Position numbers and translations under genes: made by a program
Shown here: in pieces, positions 15,672 through 29,862 of the stretch
Numbering within the stretch: position 1 is the first letter of the stretch
Layout: each line of letters begins with the position of its first letter
Notes under the pieces: model-generated
What the model was told of the DNA's origin: nothing
What the model saw: the letters and a program-made list of their open reading frames with translations, nothing else
The model's database searches: none
Assembly (NCBI RefSeq): GCF_009914755.1
Contig: NC_060947.1
Source of the DNA: the human T2T-CHM13v2.0 reference genome, Homo sapiens
Length of the DNA stretch: 64,000 nucleotides
Reading direction: 5' to 3' (one strand)

Positions 15672-15930
15672 GCCAAGGTGTGCAGATCACTTGAGGTCAG
15701 GAGTGCGAGACCAGCCTGGCCAACATGGTGGAACTCCGTCTCTACTAAACATACAAAAATTAGCTGGGCATGGGGGTACTGCACCTGTAGTCCCAAGTAC
15801 TAGGGAGAATGAGGTGGGAGGATCACTTGAAACTAGGAGACAGAGGTTGCAAGTGATCCAAGATCGTGCCACTGCACTCCAACCAGGGCGGCAGAGTGAA
15901 ACTCCACCTCAAAAAAACAAAAAAAAAGAC
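15672..15930 (+). mobile_element. Diverged 5'-truncated Alu
   Basis: Alu consensus from gcagatcacttgaggtcagg to the A-tail. Confidence 0.9.
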
Positions 15931-16924
15931 AATAACAAAATAATAGTTTCACCTGACATTATGCAATCAATTTGTGATTGTGATTTTTCAGGATTTTAGA
16001 TGTTAGGGATTGTAGACTTTAGGAATTTAGACTTTAAGAACACTGATCTTTCAGGATTTTAGCATTCTGGATTATGGCATCTGGGATTGTGTTTTTTGGG
16101 ATTACAATCCAAACTCAAAGGATCTTCTTGTCATCCACCTACCTTGTCATTTAACAGATGATATTAGTCAAACGTCAAACTATCTCAAAATTAGGGTTAG
16201 AATTTAAGTCTCTAGACTCCCAGTTTAGACAGTGCCCCATCCTACCCCTCTGCCTTCTTGTTGAGCCATTTGAGAAGAGGCCCTCGGAGTAGTGGTCATG
16301 GTAGTAAAAGATAAGGTCATGGCATGTCCATAAGGAGAAAGGGTAAAAGGGCATGACAAGGCACAGTCTGAGCACCTGCATTGGTATTGATAGCAGTATC
16401 TGGGGCTACACCCGTGGGATGTAGAGAGATGCTATCTTCCCACAGAGAAACACATACACAGAGGTTATGCTTCCTCTCACTAGAGTAAACTCAAATTCTA
16501 CCTTTTTTTGGAAGCCCTCCCGGATCTGAATCTATCAAACAAAATTAAATTCCCATAGAATTTATTGCTTGAAACATTGTTGTAAAGATCAAGGGAGATA
16601 ATGCATATTGGAATGCTTTGTAGAGGGTGACGTATTATAGTATTATTAATGAGAATCCTCAGTTAAATATGAGAATTCTTGCCTCCTAGACATGGTGTCT
16701 GCTTTGACATGAAAGGAAACATGAAAAAGATGCTACCATCTTAACCTGTGGTTAATATTTCTGAACTTTATTTATAGAATTAAAATTGAAGGGGGTCTAT
16801 GAAGAAAGAGTAAATCAACTTAAACTGGCATCAGGATTTTGGCTTTATTGTCTATTTTCATCTTGGTTTATACATCATGCTCATAGTCTATAGTAGTTAA
16901 TTTTCCCTTATATAACAAAATAAG

Positions 16925-19554
16925 GATAAGGTGGTCTCAACCGATTCTGAAAGGTTCTATCTAGCAAAAAGTGATATAGTCTCTCGGGTTGTTGAATTCC
17001 CAGAACATAACTAGAACCTCTGAGCTGTCAAATATTGGGTCGATTTCATCATTCTGTAGTAGATTTTTGACAACTGTCCAATGAAAAAGCTCTAAAAAAA
17101 AATGAAGACTTACTGAATCATATTTTTTCAGAGGAATTGCTTGACTCAGAAATGGTAGTCAGCACTAAGAGAGAACGAAAACAGATCTTTCCCTGATCTA
17201 TACTGTGAAAGTAGCACAGAAGCACTTTGAAACTCATCTTCACAAGGAGCAGGTAACTTCCAAATCCTAATACAAATGCCAGGATCACTCAGTTCAATAA
17301 AACTCACCAGCAGTCAGGCATGCACCTTTCCATCTCAACCAACAGTACCGAAACAACTTAGAGAAACAGCCTGAACAGTGAAGAATGAAGCCCCTGGTTC
17401 ACCGAAGTTCAATTTCTCCTTTAGAGTCTCACAAAGAAATATGGGCTTTAGAAGCAGCCAATTAAGCCCACCTGTCCCTGAGGAAATTCGGCCAGTTTAT
17501 ATTCATTGAGCAGTGAGTGGATGAAGAATCATCTGCAAGTTGTTCTCAGGGAACAGATTTCTTACATGAAATCAAAGTCCTTTCTTTGATGTATCTGCCA
17601 CTACCCACAGTAACACCCCAGTGCCAGTCTTCAGAGAGATCTCCCTTACATAGTTTACAGAGAAAATACAGTATATCCACTTATGCTCAGCTACTACAAG
17701 CAACTGAAAAACAAACACACTCACTAAGACTCATGTGGACAAACCTGCTTGTACATATAGAAAATCTGAAGCAATGTCATCGTGTTTGAAAGCTGATAGA
17801 CGTGTCAAGGTACTTCTCACTTATCACAGACAAAAAATAAAGCACAATTTACTTTTATTTATAAGCCCACCTGATTCTAACTCGAATAAGGAAGGGGAAC
17901 AGTTTATTTCAAGATGGTCTTGTAGAGAAATAAGTTTTCATTTAACCTGTGGTGCTGTTACGTTCAAATGCTGCATTAGAGCTCCCTGATGTTGGGCAGT
18001 AGCCACCAATCACTGGAATACAGGCCTTAGTTACAAGTTAAGAAAATATTTGCCTTTGGAGCAACAAACATCAAGTGAGTTGTACAGGCCATTAAAGAAA
18101 GCCTATCAGAGACCATTTGGCCATTTGTCCATTGACCGTGTATGGTAATCTTTTGTCATTTTTAGAAAGAATAGGTCAGGAACTTCAACAACCCACCACT
18201 CTACTTCTTTCCAGGAGCTTGACACCATCATAATGTCTCTGATCTCAGAAACCCAAGTAGAAATCACCAAATCTCAAGAAGCGATTCATAAAGAGCTTAC
18301 TCGGCAGACTTTCAAGTCAGAAACTGCTGTTGTCTATAGCCCTTCTATGCCACATTTACTTTTTTTATTGACAATGAAACTGTGAAAGGGCTATGTGGAC
18401 CCTGGCTGCATCTTTTCTCAGCCTGCCTTGTGGGTGAGTTTCCCTGTACATACGTCTGTTATTGTACTTGGAAAGTGGCACCATGACTCTGTTTATGAAG
18501 ACTGGTCCCAAAACTGGATAAAGTCCTAGAAGATTGTGTTAGGCATTCCCCCTTAGTTGCTGGATCATTTGTTGGTGAGGGAGTGTGTATAGGGCAACAA
18601 CTAATAAGGTCTGGGAACTCAGGGAAGTGGCTGTTAATCAACTTGTACTCCAACACCTAGATATAATCATATAGTTTGCCCATCTCTTAGGTACTTGAAA
18701 TCCAGTATTCTAGAGGGACAACTTTGATAACAAAAAGTAGCTGTGCCCATTAATAAAGTTTTGGTCCAGGTGAAGAGCACATACACTCATTAGAATACAG
18801 AGGATCAGCCCGGCAACTTGCAGGCTGTGTTTAGCACTCTCCTTATTTTCTCAAAGCCTTTGCTCTTTAGTGACATAGGGATGAAGATACCTACCTTGCA
18901 AGGGTGTGATGAGAATCAAACAGGACAATGCTGTTTAATTGGATGAAACAGAAATTATTCTGCTCAGCATTGTGGTTACAATGTAGAAGTTGTGCCGTAA
19001 TTGCTGGAATATAATGATACACTAGAGAATATAATGGTACACTAAGCAAGATCTCATCCAATTTCCTCATTCTACAAATAAGAACCTCTGGGTGCAGGGA
19101 TGTTTATAATTTCCAGTGGTTGCCCAATAGATTAATCACAAATTCAAAAGAGGAAAGCAGGTTTCCTGTCTCTCAGTGGAACATCCTTAACCCTACATTA
19201 TACTATATCGCTTTTATCCTTTTACAAAGAATTTACCATAACTTTGTCCCTGTGGTACATTAACAAGTTATGCACTCATGTTAATAACTTTTTGCTGTAG
19301 AACACATAGTAGTGAATAGGGAAAAGTAAACAAAATGAAGTTTATGCATAAAGGATAAGACCTATAGGGATGTGCTTAATGAAAGGACTTGGGGTGTGAG
19401 ATAGGAAATTCCAATTAAAATAGCACACACTTAAATACAGGCTATAACCCATTCTTTCAAGAATGTTCAGTCAGAATGGTGTTATTTTCTATTTCTTTTC
19501 CTACTAAATATTTCCCAATTATTTTTTGATGAGCTTGAGTGTCCAAAAGCTCAG
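16925..19554 (+). pseudogene. Candidate decayed multi-exon gene of unknown family (exon-like segments ~16925-17809, 18215-18433, 19441-19554)
   Basis: Non-repeat-looking DNA with long reading frames. Donor AAG|gtactt at 17809, acceptor ctacttctttccag|G at 18215 (phase 0 match), donor G|gtgagt at 18433, donor CAG|gtaagg at 19554. No homolog recognised. Confidence 0.4.
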
Positions 19555-20623
19555 GTAAGGGAATTTATTTTGACAGAACACAGATGATCCTCCCTGGGAA
19601 TTGCTGCCACTAAGTCTTCTGTGAATCTGCATTCCTCTATCTGGCAGCTCCAAGAAGATATTTGTAAATAGCAACGTTAAGTAAATAGCCACAGCATGAA
19701 AAGTCCTTCCACCAGATTAGTACCATTCCTGACTGCTGGGGACGGCAAACTCGCATTTAAATAAAACTCCCAAATATGTCACACTGCTCCTCGCCTTTCA
19801 TATATTTATCCTAAGTCAAAACAATGTCTTGTCTTTGGAGAACACAAAGGGAAACAAGCATCAGGCCTGGACTTTAGTCCCCTGCCCCACATCTTCTTAC
19901 CTTCCCATCTATAAATGTGCAGTTTCATTGACGAAAGTTGTGTTTCTGCATATTTGTGTGTGATTTTTTTCCCCTATGCACAAACTGTCAATAGTTACTA
20001 AGGCAGGAGAACATGTTCTATCTTTCTGGAAGCAGAAAAATTAGTTATAATCTGTCAGATAACAACTGTTTATCAAGGAATTCTTCCAATTCTTCCAGGA
20101 GCACTAACCTTTGTTTAATATGTCGTTGATTTTCTAAACTGTTAAGTATGCCTTATAATGGTGAAAACCTACATGATACCACTCACTACATCAGCTAATA
20201 TCTAGTTTATTAGAACATTAACATTTACCACTGACAATTAACTGACAAATTGCATGTGTATGTGATTTATAATGAGAGATTTGAAGGTGAACACAAGTTA
20301 AGTATTTTTAAATGGCATGTGGGAATGCTGTAGTGAAGCCTAGACCCTTCTTGTCCTTCCCTTTTCTTCTTAGAAGAAACAGACCAGTACTGTGCAAGTA
20401 TGAAGCCCCTCCCCTCTGAGCTTGGTGAACTAATCTGCAATTAGCCATTGGAAAGCCTGTGCATAATTAATTAAACATTACTATTGAAGAAAGATGTGTA
20501 CATGTGTATGCAGATGGAGAACTTGAGAATAAGATAAGGCAAAGTGTTCTAAACAATGAAAAAACATTGTGTTGCTCCATTGTTGGTGCAAGGTAAGATT
20601 CATGTTTATTCCTTTACAGGGAC

Positions 20624-20815
20624 TATATTAGTCTGGTAGGGCTGCCAAAACAAAAATGCCACAGACTGGGAGATTTAAACAACAGAAATATATTTTCTCA
20701 CAATTCTGGGACTAGAAGTCCAAGGTCAATGTGTCAGCAGGTTTTGTGTCTGGTGAGGCCTTTCCTCCTGGCTTGTAAACTGCCATCTTTTCACTATGTT
20801 CTTACATGGCCTTAG
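20624..20815. mobile_element. MaLR LTR fragment (MLT1/MST-like)
   Basis: aaacaacagaaatatattttctcacaattctgggactagaagtccaagg motif. Confidence 0.65.
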
Positions 20816-23800
20816 ATCTTGCAAGTTTTTAGCCTTTATTTTACTTTTGAAATTTTTTGTTTTTATTAAATTATTGTACATACATTTGAGATGTGCCAAT
20901 AGATATAATATGCACCATTTAAATCTTCAAGTTACAAATAATAAAATGATCTTTAAGATTGTCAGGTTTTTGAAATATCGTAAGAATCTATAAATGTACA
21001 ATCATTTATTTATTTAAATAATTTTCTTCATTCAACATACATTTAATATCTCCAACTATTGACCTACTATTATTTCTATCATAGAGCTGTTGCTATATAC
21101 TATTCAAAAAAACTAAAAATGTTTTTATAAATTGAACATGGAAAAAGACTACTGAATGTGGCAAAGCCACAATAATTTATATAGATGTATATGTACTTGC
21201 TTATGCATCAAAAATTTTTAGTGCATATGTCCCTCAAAGGCAAATATTTTAGTAGGCCGTCCCATCAATTGACTGGAACTTAAAAGTGTTTGATGATAAC
21301 AATGCTTTCTTTTTGACAAAAATAAGTTGCATATTACTAAATTCAGATTAATATTTTACAAAGTACTTCGCAATTTTTTCACTATACGTTATTTCCAAAG
21401 TTAAAAACATAAAATAACTCTCTCCAATGAAATACTCAGATGAAATGAGGATCACATCCTTTTCCTATTTTACTTTTCTTATCTTTGTATTCTGTTTGTG
21501 GCTATATATGCAGATATCCTTGAAATTAGAAATATAGCCAGAGGGTTTTCCTCCTAATAAAATTGCATTTTAAATGAATATTAATAGCGTAACTTTTTAT
21601 TTTTAACCTCTTTTATTACAAACATTTTAAATATATGCCAAAGTAGATATAGTAACATAATGAACATTCGTATTTCCATCAAATAGCTTCAACAAATGGC
21701 CAATATCGCTTTATCTATTTCTCCAACTATGTAATTATTTTGAAACAAACCCCAGACATCTTAAAACTTCTGTGAATACTTTACAGTGTATCTTTAAGAG
21801 ATTACTATTTTTAAAAACATAACCACAATATCATTATAATCTCAAATAACAATAATCACTGTATACCATCAAATATTTAGCCACTAATCAAATTTCCAGT
21901 TTGGTTGGATTACTTTTATTTAATATCTCTACAATATTTTTTGTAGGTTTCCTCTCTCACTTTCATTCTTCAATTTATTTATTGAAGAACCTGGACCATT
22001 TTTCCTGGAACATTTTCTATACATTAGATTTTGCTGATTGTATTCCTATGTTTCTTTGTCTCCTGTGCTTACCATAAAATAATAGACTAAGCGATTAGGT
22101 TTTGTATTATTTTTGGCAAAAATGCACATAGTTGAGTTTTATTTTCTTTCTTGCACCATATCTGAAGGCATGTAAAAAGGGGTTGCTTTTCTTTTTGTGA
22201 TTAATCAATAGGTTTAGGTGTTGCCACCTTCACCCATTCACTAAAAAGTTTCCCATGTGGTTTTCACTTACTGCTATCAGCAGCCATTCATATTTATTAC
22301 AAAGATCCATTAATTACAAAGATCCAAAAATCTCTATTGTAATGTGGCAATATTCCAATCTAATTCTTAACCTTTAATACATTATTTAATAAATATAAAT
22401 AAAGTATAATTATTTTCATTTCTTCTTTCAGGAAATTCCAATTTAAGGACTTTGCATTATTCTTCATAGCACTTATTTAAAATTATTGTAAGAGAGGTCC
22501 CTTTTTGTCTCTGTGTGAGACTGGTTGGTTGTGTACTTATAGAGGAGAGTTTTACTTCCATTTGAATGATAAGCTCTTGAGGGCAGGCAACAACACATCT
22601 TATATTTATTTTTATCTAGCACCTACCATGATGTAGTTTACATTGCAGACACTCAAGAAAGTCGTGGTAATTTGGTGGGTTAGAATGCTTTGGCACCTGC
22701 CAACCTCATCTTTGGGCCATTTCCTTTACCCTACCCCTCCTCCAAGTATGGCCCTGTTCATCATTTTTACCACATCATGTGGGATAGTGAAGTGTAAAGT
22801 CATTGATTGATAGTTGGTGTTTATGCATTAGGTTCTACCTCACTCTAGAAAGTAACTGTTGATATTTTAAATTCTGAAACAGAAAGATCCACTTGTGCTG
22901 GTGTCAACTATTCAATTAAAGTCAATCCATTTCTAACAAAGTTTTTAAAAAGGCAGAGATAAATAATTTACTGATGTTAGTTACTACTAACTACTAATGT
23001 CAGTTACTGCACAGTAGTATTTTATTCATTTATATAAAGGATCTTTAAAATATCTTTCAATATAATATAATATATAATATATATTAATATAATAATAAAT
23101 TAATCTGAAAATGATTTTCAGGAAAGGAATACGTTGAGTCATTGTGTGATTAGTATCTCTACAACGTTTACATAGGGGTTTACACAAATAGGCAGTAATA
23201 TTTATTACTGCTAAAACGAAATCGAAGACATATTACTGTAATACTGTAAGGAGTTCATGGTCCAGTCTGGGAGACAGAATCTATGGTGATAAACAAATGA
23301 TAATACATATATAATGGTGTAGTCAGGATTCAGAGAACACTATTAGACCTCACTGAGATTGTTATAATTATTATAAGTCATTTGAGACTTTACCTCAGGA
23401 GAGATCAGTAAAAAATTTCTCCTCATCTCAGTTTCTAGAAGTGGTTATTATATTCCATGGATATGTAATGGCAGAATTTAGATCAAATTTTTATCAAAAG
23501 TTCAGATAGGACAAAAATGCCACATATGGATAGAAATTTCCAGTTTTCCAATGATAGATGACATCCATTTTTAAGTCAGTTTTAGTATCAGTAAATCAGT
23601 TTGAAAGGTTATATAAAAACATATGTCATAAACTTCTTCTTTACATCCCTTACTCAGAATCTGCCTAAATTAATAACAGAATTTTCTAGGCTTTGATGAC
23701 AGGTTATTCTCAGGAAACTGCCACCACAGCACCTAACAATTCGATGTCATGATGCTTACTCCAGATTGAGTGCTACAGATTTGTTATATTCCTATTTGAG

Positions 23801-25329
23801 TTCAAAACTGAATAAGAAATGGCAGTTGCATTTTAATTTGAGGTAACATTTAGAAATGATTTAAGAAATGTGATTAATGACAACACAGATTTATTAGATT
23901 CAATTATTAGGAGGCTTGTTTTTACCTTTTTCATGTTTCAAGCAGGCACTAAATAATTCTGTCAACCTGTTATAAGACATTTATAAATGGCATTGCATAG
24001 AATTATTTACATGTCTCTTGAACATGATAAAGTACTTATCATAATAAATTATTATGGAAAAGGCAGTGCTATTAATCACTTGTTAAATGTTAATAACATT
24101 TACCAACATTTATTTCTTTTAAAGCAGCAAGAAAAAATAGGTATTTCTTTTTTTTCTGTAATATAATTTTTATTGAGACTGAATAAAGCATTTGAAACAC
24201 TGAATGAGTCGTTTCATATACTAAATTTGGAGTTTTTCATTTGAGATAACAAAGCAGTGGGAAATCAATGCTATGACAACTAACATTTGACTATAAAACT
24301 TAAAGTATAATAATAATAAAAAAATTAAAACTCTGTATTCCAAAAAAAAAAATTGCTTCTTAGTTTTACTTCTATTTTAGACATTATCTACTGAATCTCT
24401 TCAATAGTCAATTTGGATGTTACTCCCTTTTACATTTTTAATAAAACCATGAGCATTTATCTTTTTTGCATTTTCAATATAATTTAATAACAACTTTTGG
24501 TTATATTGATATTTATTGTTTAATTGTACTTTTAAACATTGTTTTGCTGCCAAGTAAAGTAATAATCACATTAAAAAAAAAAGAAAGTTCCTATAGGTAC
24601 TTTTTCATGTTTAGCATGTTATTCAATATTGTTTACAAGTATAAATTTACAACAAATGGAAATTTAAAAATAGGTATTTCATTTTGAAAAATTATCAACT
24701 GAAATAAGGATTTTATTATTTCCAGATTCCAGATTCTCAACTCTAGACTTAAATAGTTAAATCTTTTACCTCTTAAAAATTCTTGTATTTATTGGCTTTA
24801 ATGTAGATGAAAATAACGTATTTGAGTTTTACAAAAATTTAGCTTCTAGAGTGCAAAAGCTTTTGAGAACGTAAGTGGGGTAGAAAAATTAAAACTAGAT
24901 TGTATATTATAAAGCACTTTCTGTACTACTTAACCAGGAAAGCATCTAAATATTTATTCACTTTCCAATGTAGTACATTTATGCCATCTTCTGGCAATGG
25001 TTCCTCAAGCTGGGAATATTCAAATTAACACGCATCAAAATAACTTAATATTTCCTTACAGAGTCACTAGCTGACATTCCTTAAATAGTATGAAGTCCTG
25101 TAAAATTGGAACAAGGCCACAATAGTGGCTATCTTTAGTAAACAGAGAAAAGGTGATATTACAAAATCACTGTTACGTTAGTTGGCTAGTCCCAATATAT
25201 CAGAACAGACGCTAAACATTCACAAAACCTGTAAAAGTTAAACATTTGGAAAACACCAAGTGTTCATGAAGAGATGTAGCAATGACAGCTCTATTTCACA
25301 CAGTGCTGATAGAAATATAACTTGGAAAA

Positions 25330-26315
25330 CTGAATGTGCCTCTCCAAAATTTCGTACGTTAAAACCCTAATCCCCAATATTATGGCATTTAGAGATGGTT
25401 CCTTTGGGTGGTAATGAGATAAGTATTTTTTTCCTTTTTTTCTTTCTAATTTTTGTGGGTACATAATAGATGTATACATTTATGGAGTACATGGGATATT
25501 TTGATGCAGGTATGCAAGGCATGATAATCACACCATTGAGAATGGGTTATCTATCCCCTCATGCATTTATCCTTTGAGTTACAAACAATCCAATTACACT
25601 CTTTTAGTTATTTTTAAAAGTATAATTAAGTTATTATTGACTATAGTCACCCTATTGTGCTATCAAATAGCAGATCTTATTTATTCTTTCTATTTTTTTT
25701 TTTGTACCCATTAACCATCCCCACCTCCCCACCCAGTTCCCCACCACCCTTCCCAGCCTCTGGTAACCAACCTTCTACTCTCTATGTCCATGAGATCAAC
25801 TGTTTTGATTTTTAGATCCCACAAATAAGAGAGGACATGTAATATTTGTCTTTCTGTGCCTGGCTTTTTTCACTTAACATAGTGATCTCCAGTTCCATCC
25901 ATGTTGTTGCAAACGACTGGATCTCATTTTTTTATGCCTGAACATGAATGTGGAAAAAACAGCCTTTCCTATAAGATCTGGAACACTACAAGGATGTCCA
26001 TGTCATCACTGTTATTCAACATAGTAGTGGAAGTCCTAGCTAGAGATTAGCATATTTATTTTTAAAACATGAGTTAACCTGCTTCCTCTCTCTCTCTGTT
26101 CTCTGCCATGTAAGGACATAAGAAGATACAATGTAAAGATGTATAGAAGCTACTGTTTCAGTCTGTAAACCAGGAAGAGGGCCCTCACCAGAACTCAAAC
26201 ATGCCGACAACCTGATCTCAGACTTCCAGCCTCCAGAACTGTGAAAAATAAATTTCTGTCGTTTAAGCTATGCAATTTATGGTATTTTTGATAGAGTGGC
26301 CCAAACTAAGTTAGT
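25330..26315. mobile_element. MLT1A/MST-like LTR split by an L1MA/PB insertion (~25425-26045)
   Basis: LTR halves (aaaaccctaatcccc...; ...cagacttccagcctccagaactgtga) flank an antisense L1 3' end plus a short sense ORF2 piece. Confidence 0.7.
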
Positions 26316-27049
26316 ATTGTCCAATAAAAGTAAATAAGATCATACTTTATGACTCACAACTTCACTCCTTAGTATATAACAAAGCAATACTAACTGCATT
26401 TATTTCTTTTCTTGGAAAGATAACTAGGTCACTTTATATCCCATCTAACAATATTTTATAAAATCTGGTTTAATGTCTGTAATCTTTTTCAATAGCTTGG
26501 TATGTAAACGAGGTCACTTCTTTTTCATCTCTTCAAATTTGATTGCTTAGAACTTCATGCATCCTGATTAGCAGTATGTCCACTTTCCCCTTTTTAAGGT
26601 CTTTTAGCTTTCATTAACCAAGAAAAGGAGAGTTTACTCGACACAAAAAAATCAGTTCTTCCCCCAAAACCTAGCCACACAAAGAGCTAGAAAGTCCAGT
26701 TCTAACACCATTGTGTTGTTGCCACATGGAGTCATAGTTGAACTCTCTGGTTCTGTGAGATCTAATGTTACTTGTTCCAAACTGAGGTGAGTTCTTTGGT
26801 GGTTTGGATACTTTATGAGACACAAGGATACCCTGGTCTAGGGCTTCAACTTTACCATTGTGTATTTATGTGTCTGTGTGTTTAACTTCCCACTCAAACT
26901 ATCAGCCCTTGTTCTTCCAAGTGAAATGAGACCTCCTGGGAGTACGGGCATATTTCCAAAAACTTTGTGACATATGCCAATGATATTTCCTTTGAACAAG
27001 AGTCCACTGATGAAAGTGCCATAATAGCTTTCATGAATAAATGACAATC

Positions 27050-28330
27050 TACTTTTTAAAATTTTAGAACAGCTTTAGGTTTCAGCAAAATTGAGCAGAA
27101 AAAAATAGAGTTCCATATACTCCCTGCCCCTACATTTGCATAGCCTACTCCATTTTCAACATCCCCCACCAGAGAGGTACATTTACTATAACTGATAAAC
27201 CCACACTGACACATTATTATCACCTAAAGTCCATAGTTTACATGAGAGTTCACTCTTGGTGTTTGATATACTTTGGATGTTTGTTCCCTCCAAATCTCAT
27301 ATTGAAATGTAATCTCCAAAGTTGTAGGTGGGGTCTGGTGGGAGGTGTTTGAGTCATGAGAGCGGGTCTCTCATGAATGGCTTGGTATCCGCCCCCGCCC
27401 CCCCCCCCGCCCCCCCGCAGTAATGAATTCGCAAGAGATCTGGTTGTTTAAAACAGCTTTAGCACCTCTGCACTTCTCTCACTCCCTCTCTCACCATATG
27501 ATGCGCTGGCTCCCTTTCACCTTCCACCATGACTGTAAGCTTTCTGAATCCCTCACCAGAAGCAGATGCCCATACTATGTTTTGGGTAGAGCATAAAAAC
27601 CATAGGCCAAATAAACCTCTTTTCTTTATAAATTACTCAGTCTCAGGTATCCATTATAGCAACAAAAACAGACTAATACAGTGTTGTACATTTTATGGGT
27701 TTGGGAAAATGTTTAATGAATGACATGTATCCATCATTATAGTACCATACAAAGTAGTTTCACTGCCCTAAAAAAACTCCTCTGTGTTCCACCTATTCAT
27801 CCCTCCCCAATCCCAACCCCTGGCAGCCAATGAAACTTTTACAATCTCCATAGTTTTGCCTTTTCCAGAATGTCATAAAGTTGGAATCATTCAGTATGTA
27901 GCTTCTCAGAATTGGCTTTCACTTAGTAATATGCATTTAAGTTTCCTCTGTGTATTTTCATGGCTTGATAGCGCATTTTTTGATAGCACTGGATAATAAA
28001 TAGTCCATTGTCAGGATGTACCAATTCATTTAACCATCCACCTTCTGAAGGATATCTTGGTTGCTTCCAAGTTTTGCCAATTATGAATAAAGCTATAAAC
28101 ATTCAACTGCCAGTTTTTGTGTGGACATAAGTTTTCAACTTATTTGTGTAAACACCAAGGAGAGTCATTGCTGGATCATATGGTAGGAGTATGTTTAGTT
28201 TTGTAAGGAACTGCCGAAGTGTCTTCAAAATTGGATGTACTACTTTGCATTACCATCAGCAAAAAAACAAGAGCTCTTGTTGCTGCACATCCTTGCCAGT
28301 ATTTGTTGTTGTCATTGTTCTGGGTTTGGT
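27050..28330 (-). mobile_element. L1MB-type 3' region, antisense
   Basis: L1M 3' UTR and ORF2-end text, continuing across the nested MST LTR. Confidence 0.7.
27264..27680. mobile_element. MST-type MaLR solo LTR
   Basis: tgatatactttggatg...actaataca with 5-bp TSD gtgtt (27259-27263 / 27681-27685). Confidence 0.85.
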
Positions 28331-29790
28331 TTAATCTGAAAGAGAATGGAACCTGGGCCCCAGTCCAGAAAGCACAGAATCTTAGCCACTAGGCCACAGG
28401 GCGAGGTGCTCTTTTGTCAATGCTGCAGGGAATAGAAGCAGGCAGTTTAAGCATTTTAAAGGATTTTAACTTGTTTCAGGGGTGAGCTCAATTGGAAGGT
28501 TGTTTAGCTAATTACCTAGATGTTACCATTTCAAAGACAGGATCAGATTTACATCTCCAAAGGACTGTGAAGTCCAGCAGGACATTTAAAGGGTATTCTC
28601 TGATATTGGGTCAATAAATCATCCATGTCATTTATTAGTTATGGTTTAGAAGAAAAACTTTGTTGGATCTGTATTTTATAATCTCAGTAGTTTTCTTCTC
28701 ATTCTGTAGTTGTTCCATTTGTTTTCTCTCCTCCAAATTTAAAGACGTTTACCCTCTTTTGAGAGAAAAAAAAGTTTGCATTGTGGAATTTCAAAAATCT
28801 CTGCCGAAGAGCTTATGGGAGCTGAGGGAACAAGCAGAAAGGGATGAATTCAAATGACAGGGGTACAAGGAGGAGGAGCAGTTGGAGGCAAAATGGAGAA
28901 AGTCTCCGAAGTCTTTTTTCATTTGAAATAACTTTAGACAATCTTGATTTCCTCTTGCAAAGAAACTTCTTTATCAAAAACTCTTTTAGAAGCTTCTAAG
29001 TAACATTGAAAAATTGCTCTCCCAGTTATTTTGGTTTTATTTTAAAGCCAGCTTTATTTTTATTATTAGAGCATGCAGATAAACTATTTTAAATGTTTCA
29101 AAGATATCCTATTTAGGCTGTTGTAGTTAGGGGTCTTTGTGCTTTAAAACCATTTTTCTAGATATTGACAGGAGGTGGCACCATAAGTATTGTACATGAA
29201 TTCACCTGAAGTTTCTAAAGTTGGATGTCTCCTTTAGAAGTACAAATGCAAATTAGATTTTCCCTTTGAATGACCAAAAAGATCTAGTGGGAGGAATTTT
29301 GGTTACTCCAGATGAAAGTGCAGATTTGACCACTGAGCCAAGCTTCAGAATCTGGCCAGTTTTAAAGATTACAAATTTTTCATTTAAGCCACAAAAATTT
29401 CATTTTCTCTCTTCAAAGAAAACCTGTTTTCTCCTTGACCAAATTTCAAGTGAGTGAAAAGGTTTCAAACCCTAAGAAATAAGACAAACAAAACCTTTAC
29501 TGCAGAGAAAAATGAAAACGACAAATATGCAGTCCACAGAATCCATAGAATTAAAGCTCTGCTTTAAAGTAGGAGTTTTCTCAAAGGACTCCTCTTGAGG
29601 AAACTCCTACCTTAAAATCAGAGCATCAATTCCAGCTCCATTGAGCATGGAATTGGGTTGCTTGAATAAAGTTTCAATCTCAAACTGAAATCAGGGCAAC
29701 TGAAAACCTGAGAGGAGCTTTGACAGAGACCCCCATCAGCTGCAACAAGGTCGGGTGAATGAAAAGCATTCCCTCTTGGCATAATTAATT
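28330..29790 (-). mobile_element. ERV1 (MER4-group-like) internal fragment
   Basis: Composition and motifs resemble MER4-group internal 5' regions. Family not certain. Confidence 0.4.
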
Positions 29791-29862
29791 TAGGGAGTCC
29801 TGAAATTTTATTTTCTTTTACATGTACAAATATTAGAAGTTTCTTTCTATAAAACCAAGTAT

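Noticed and set aside
27389-27418. C-rich run, potential G-quadruplex on the minus strand
   Set aside because: Local homopolymer expansion inside an MST LTR with no supporting context.
28345-28402. tRNA-Glu-like antisense stretch (aatcttagccactaggccacaggg)
   Set aside because: Degenerate, no convincing cloverleaf, embedded in ERV-like internal sequence.
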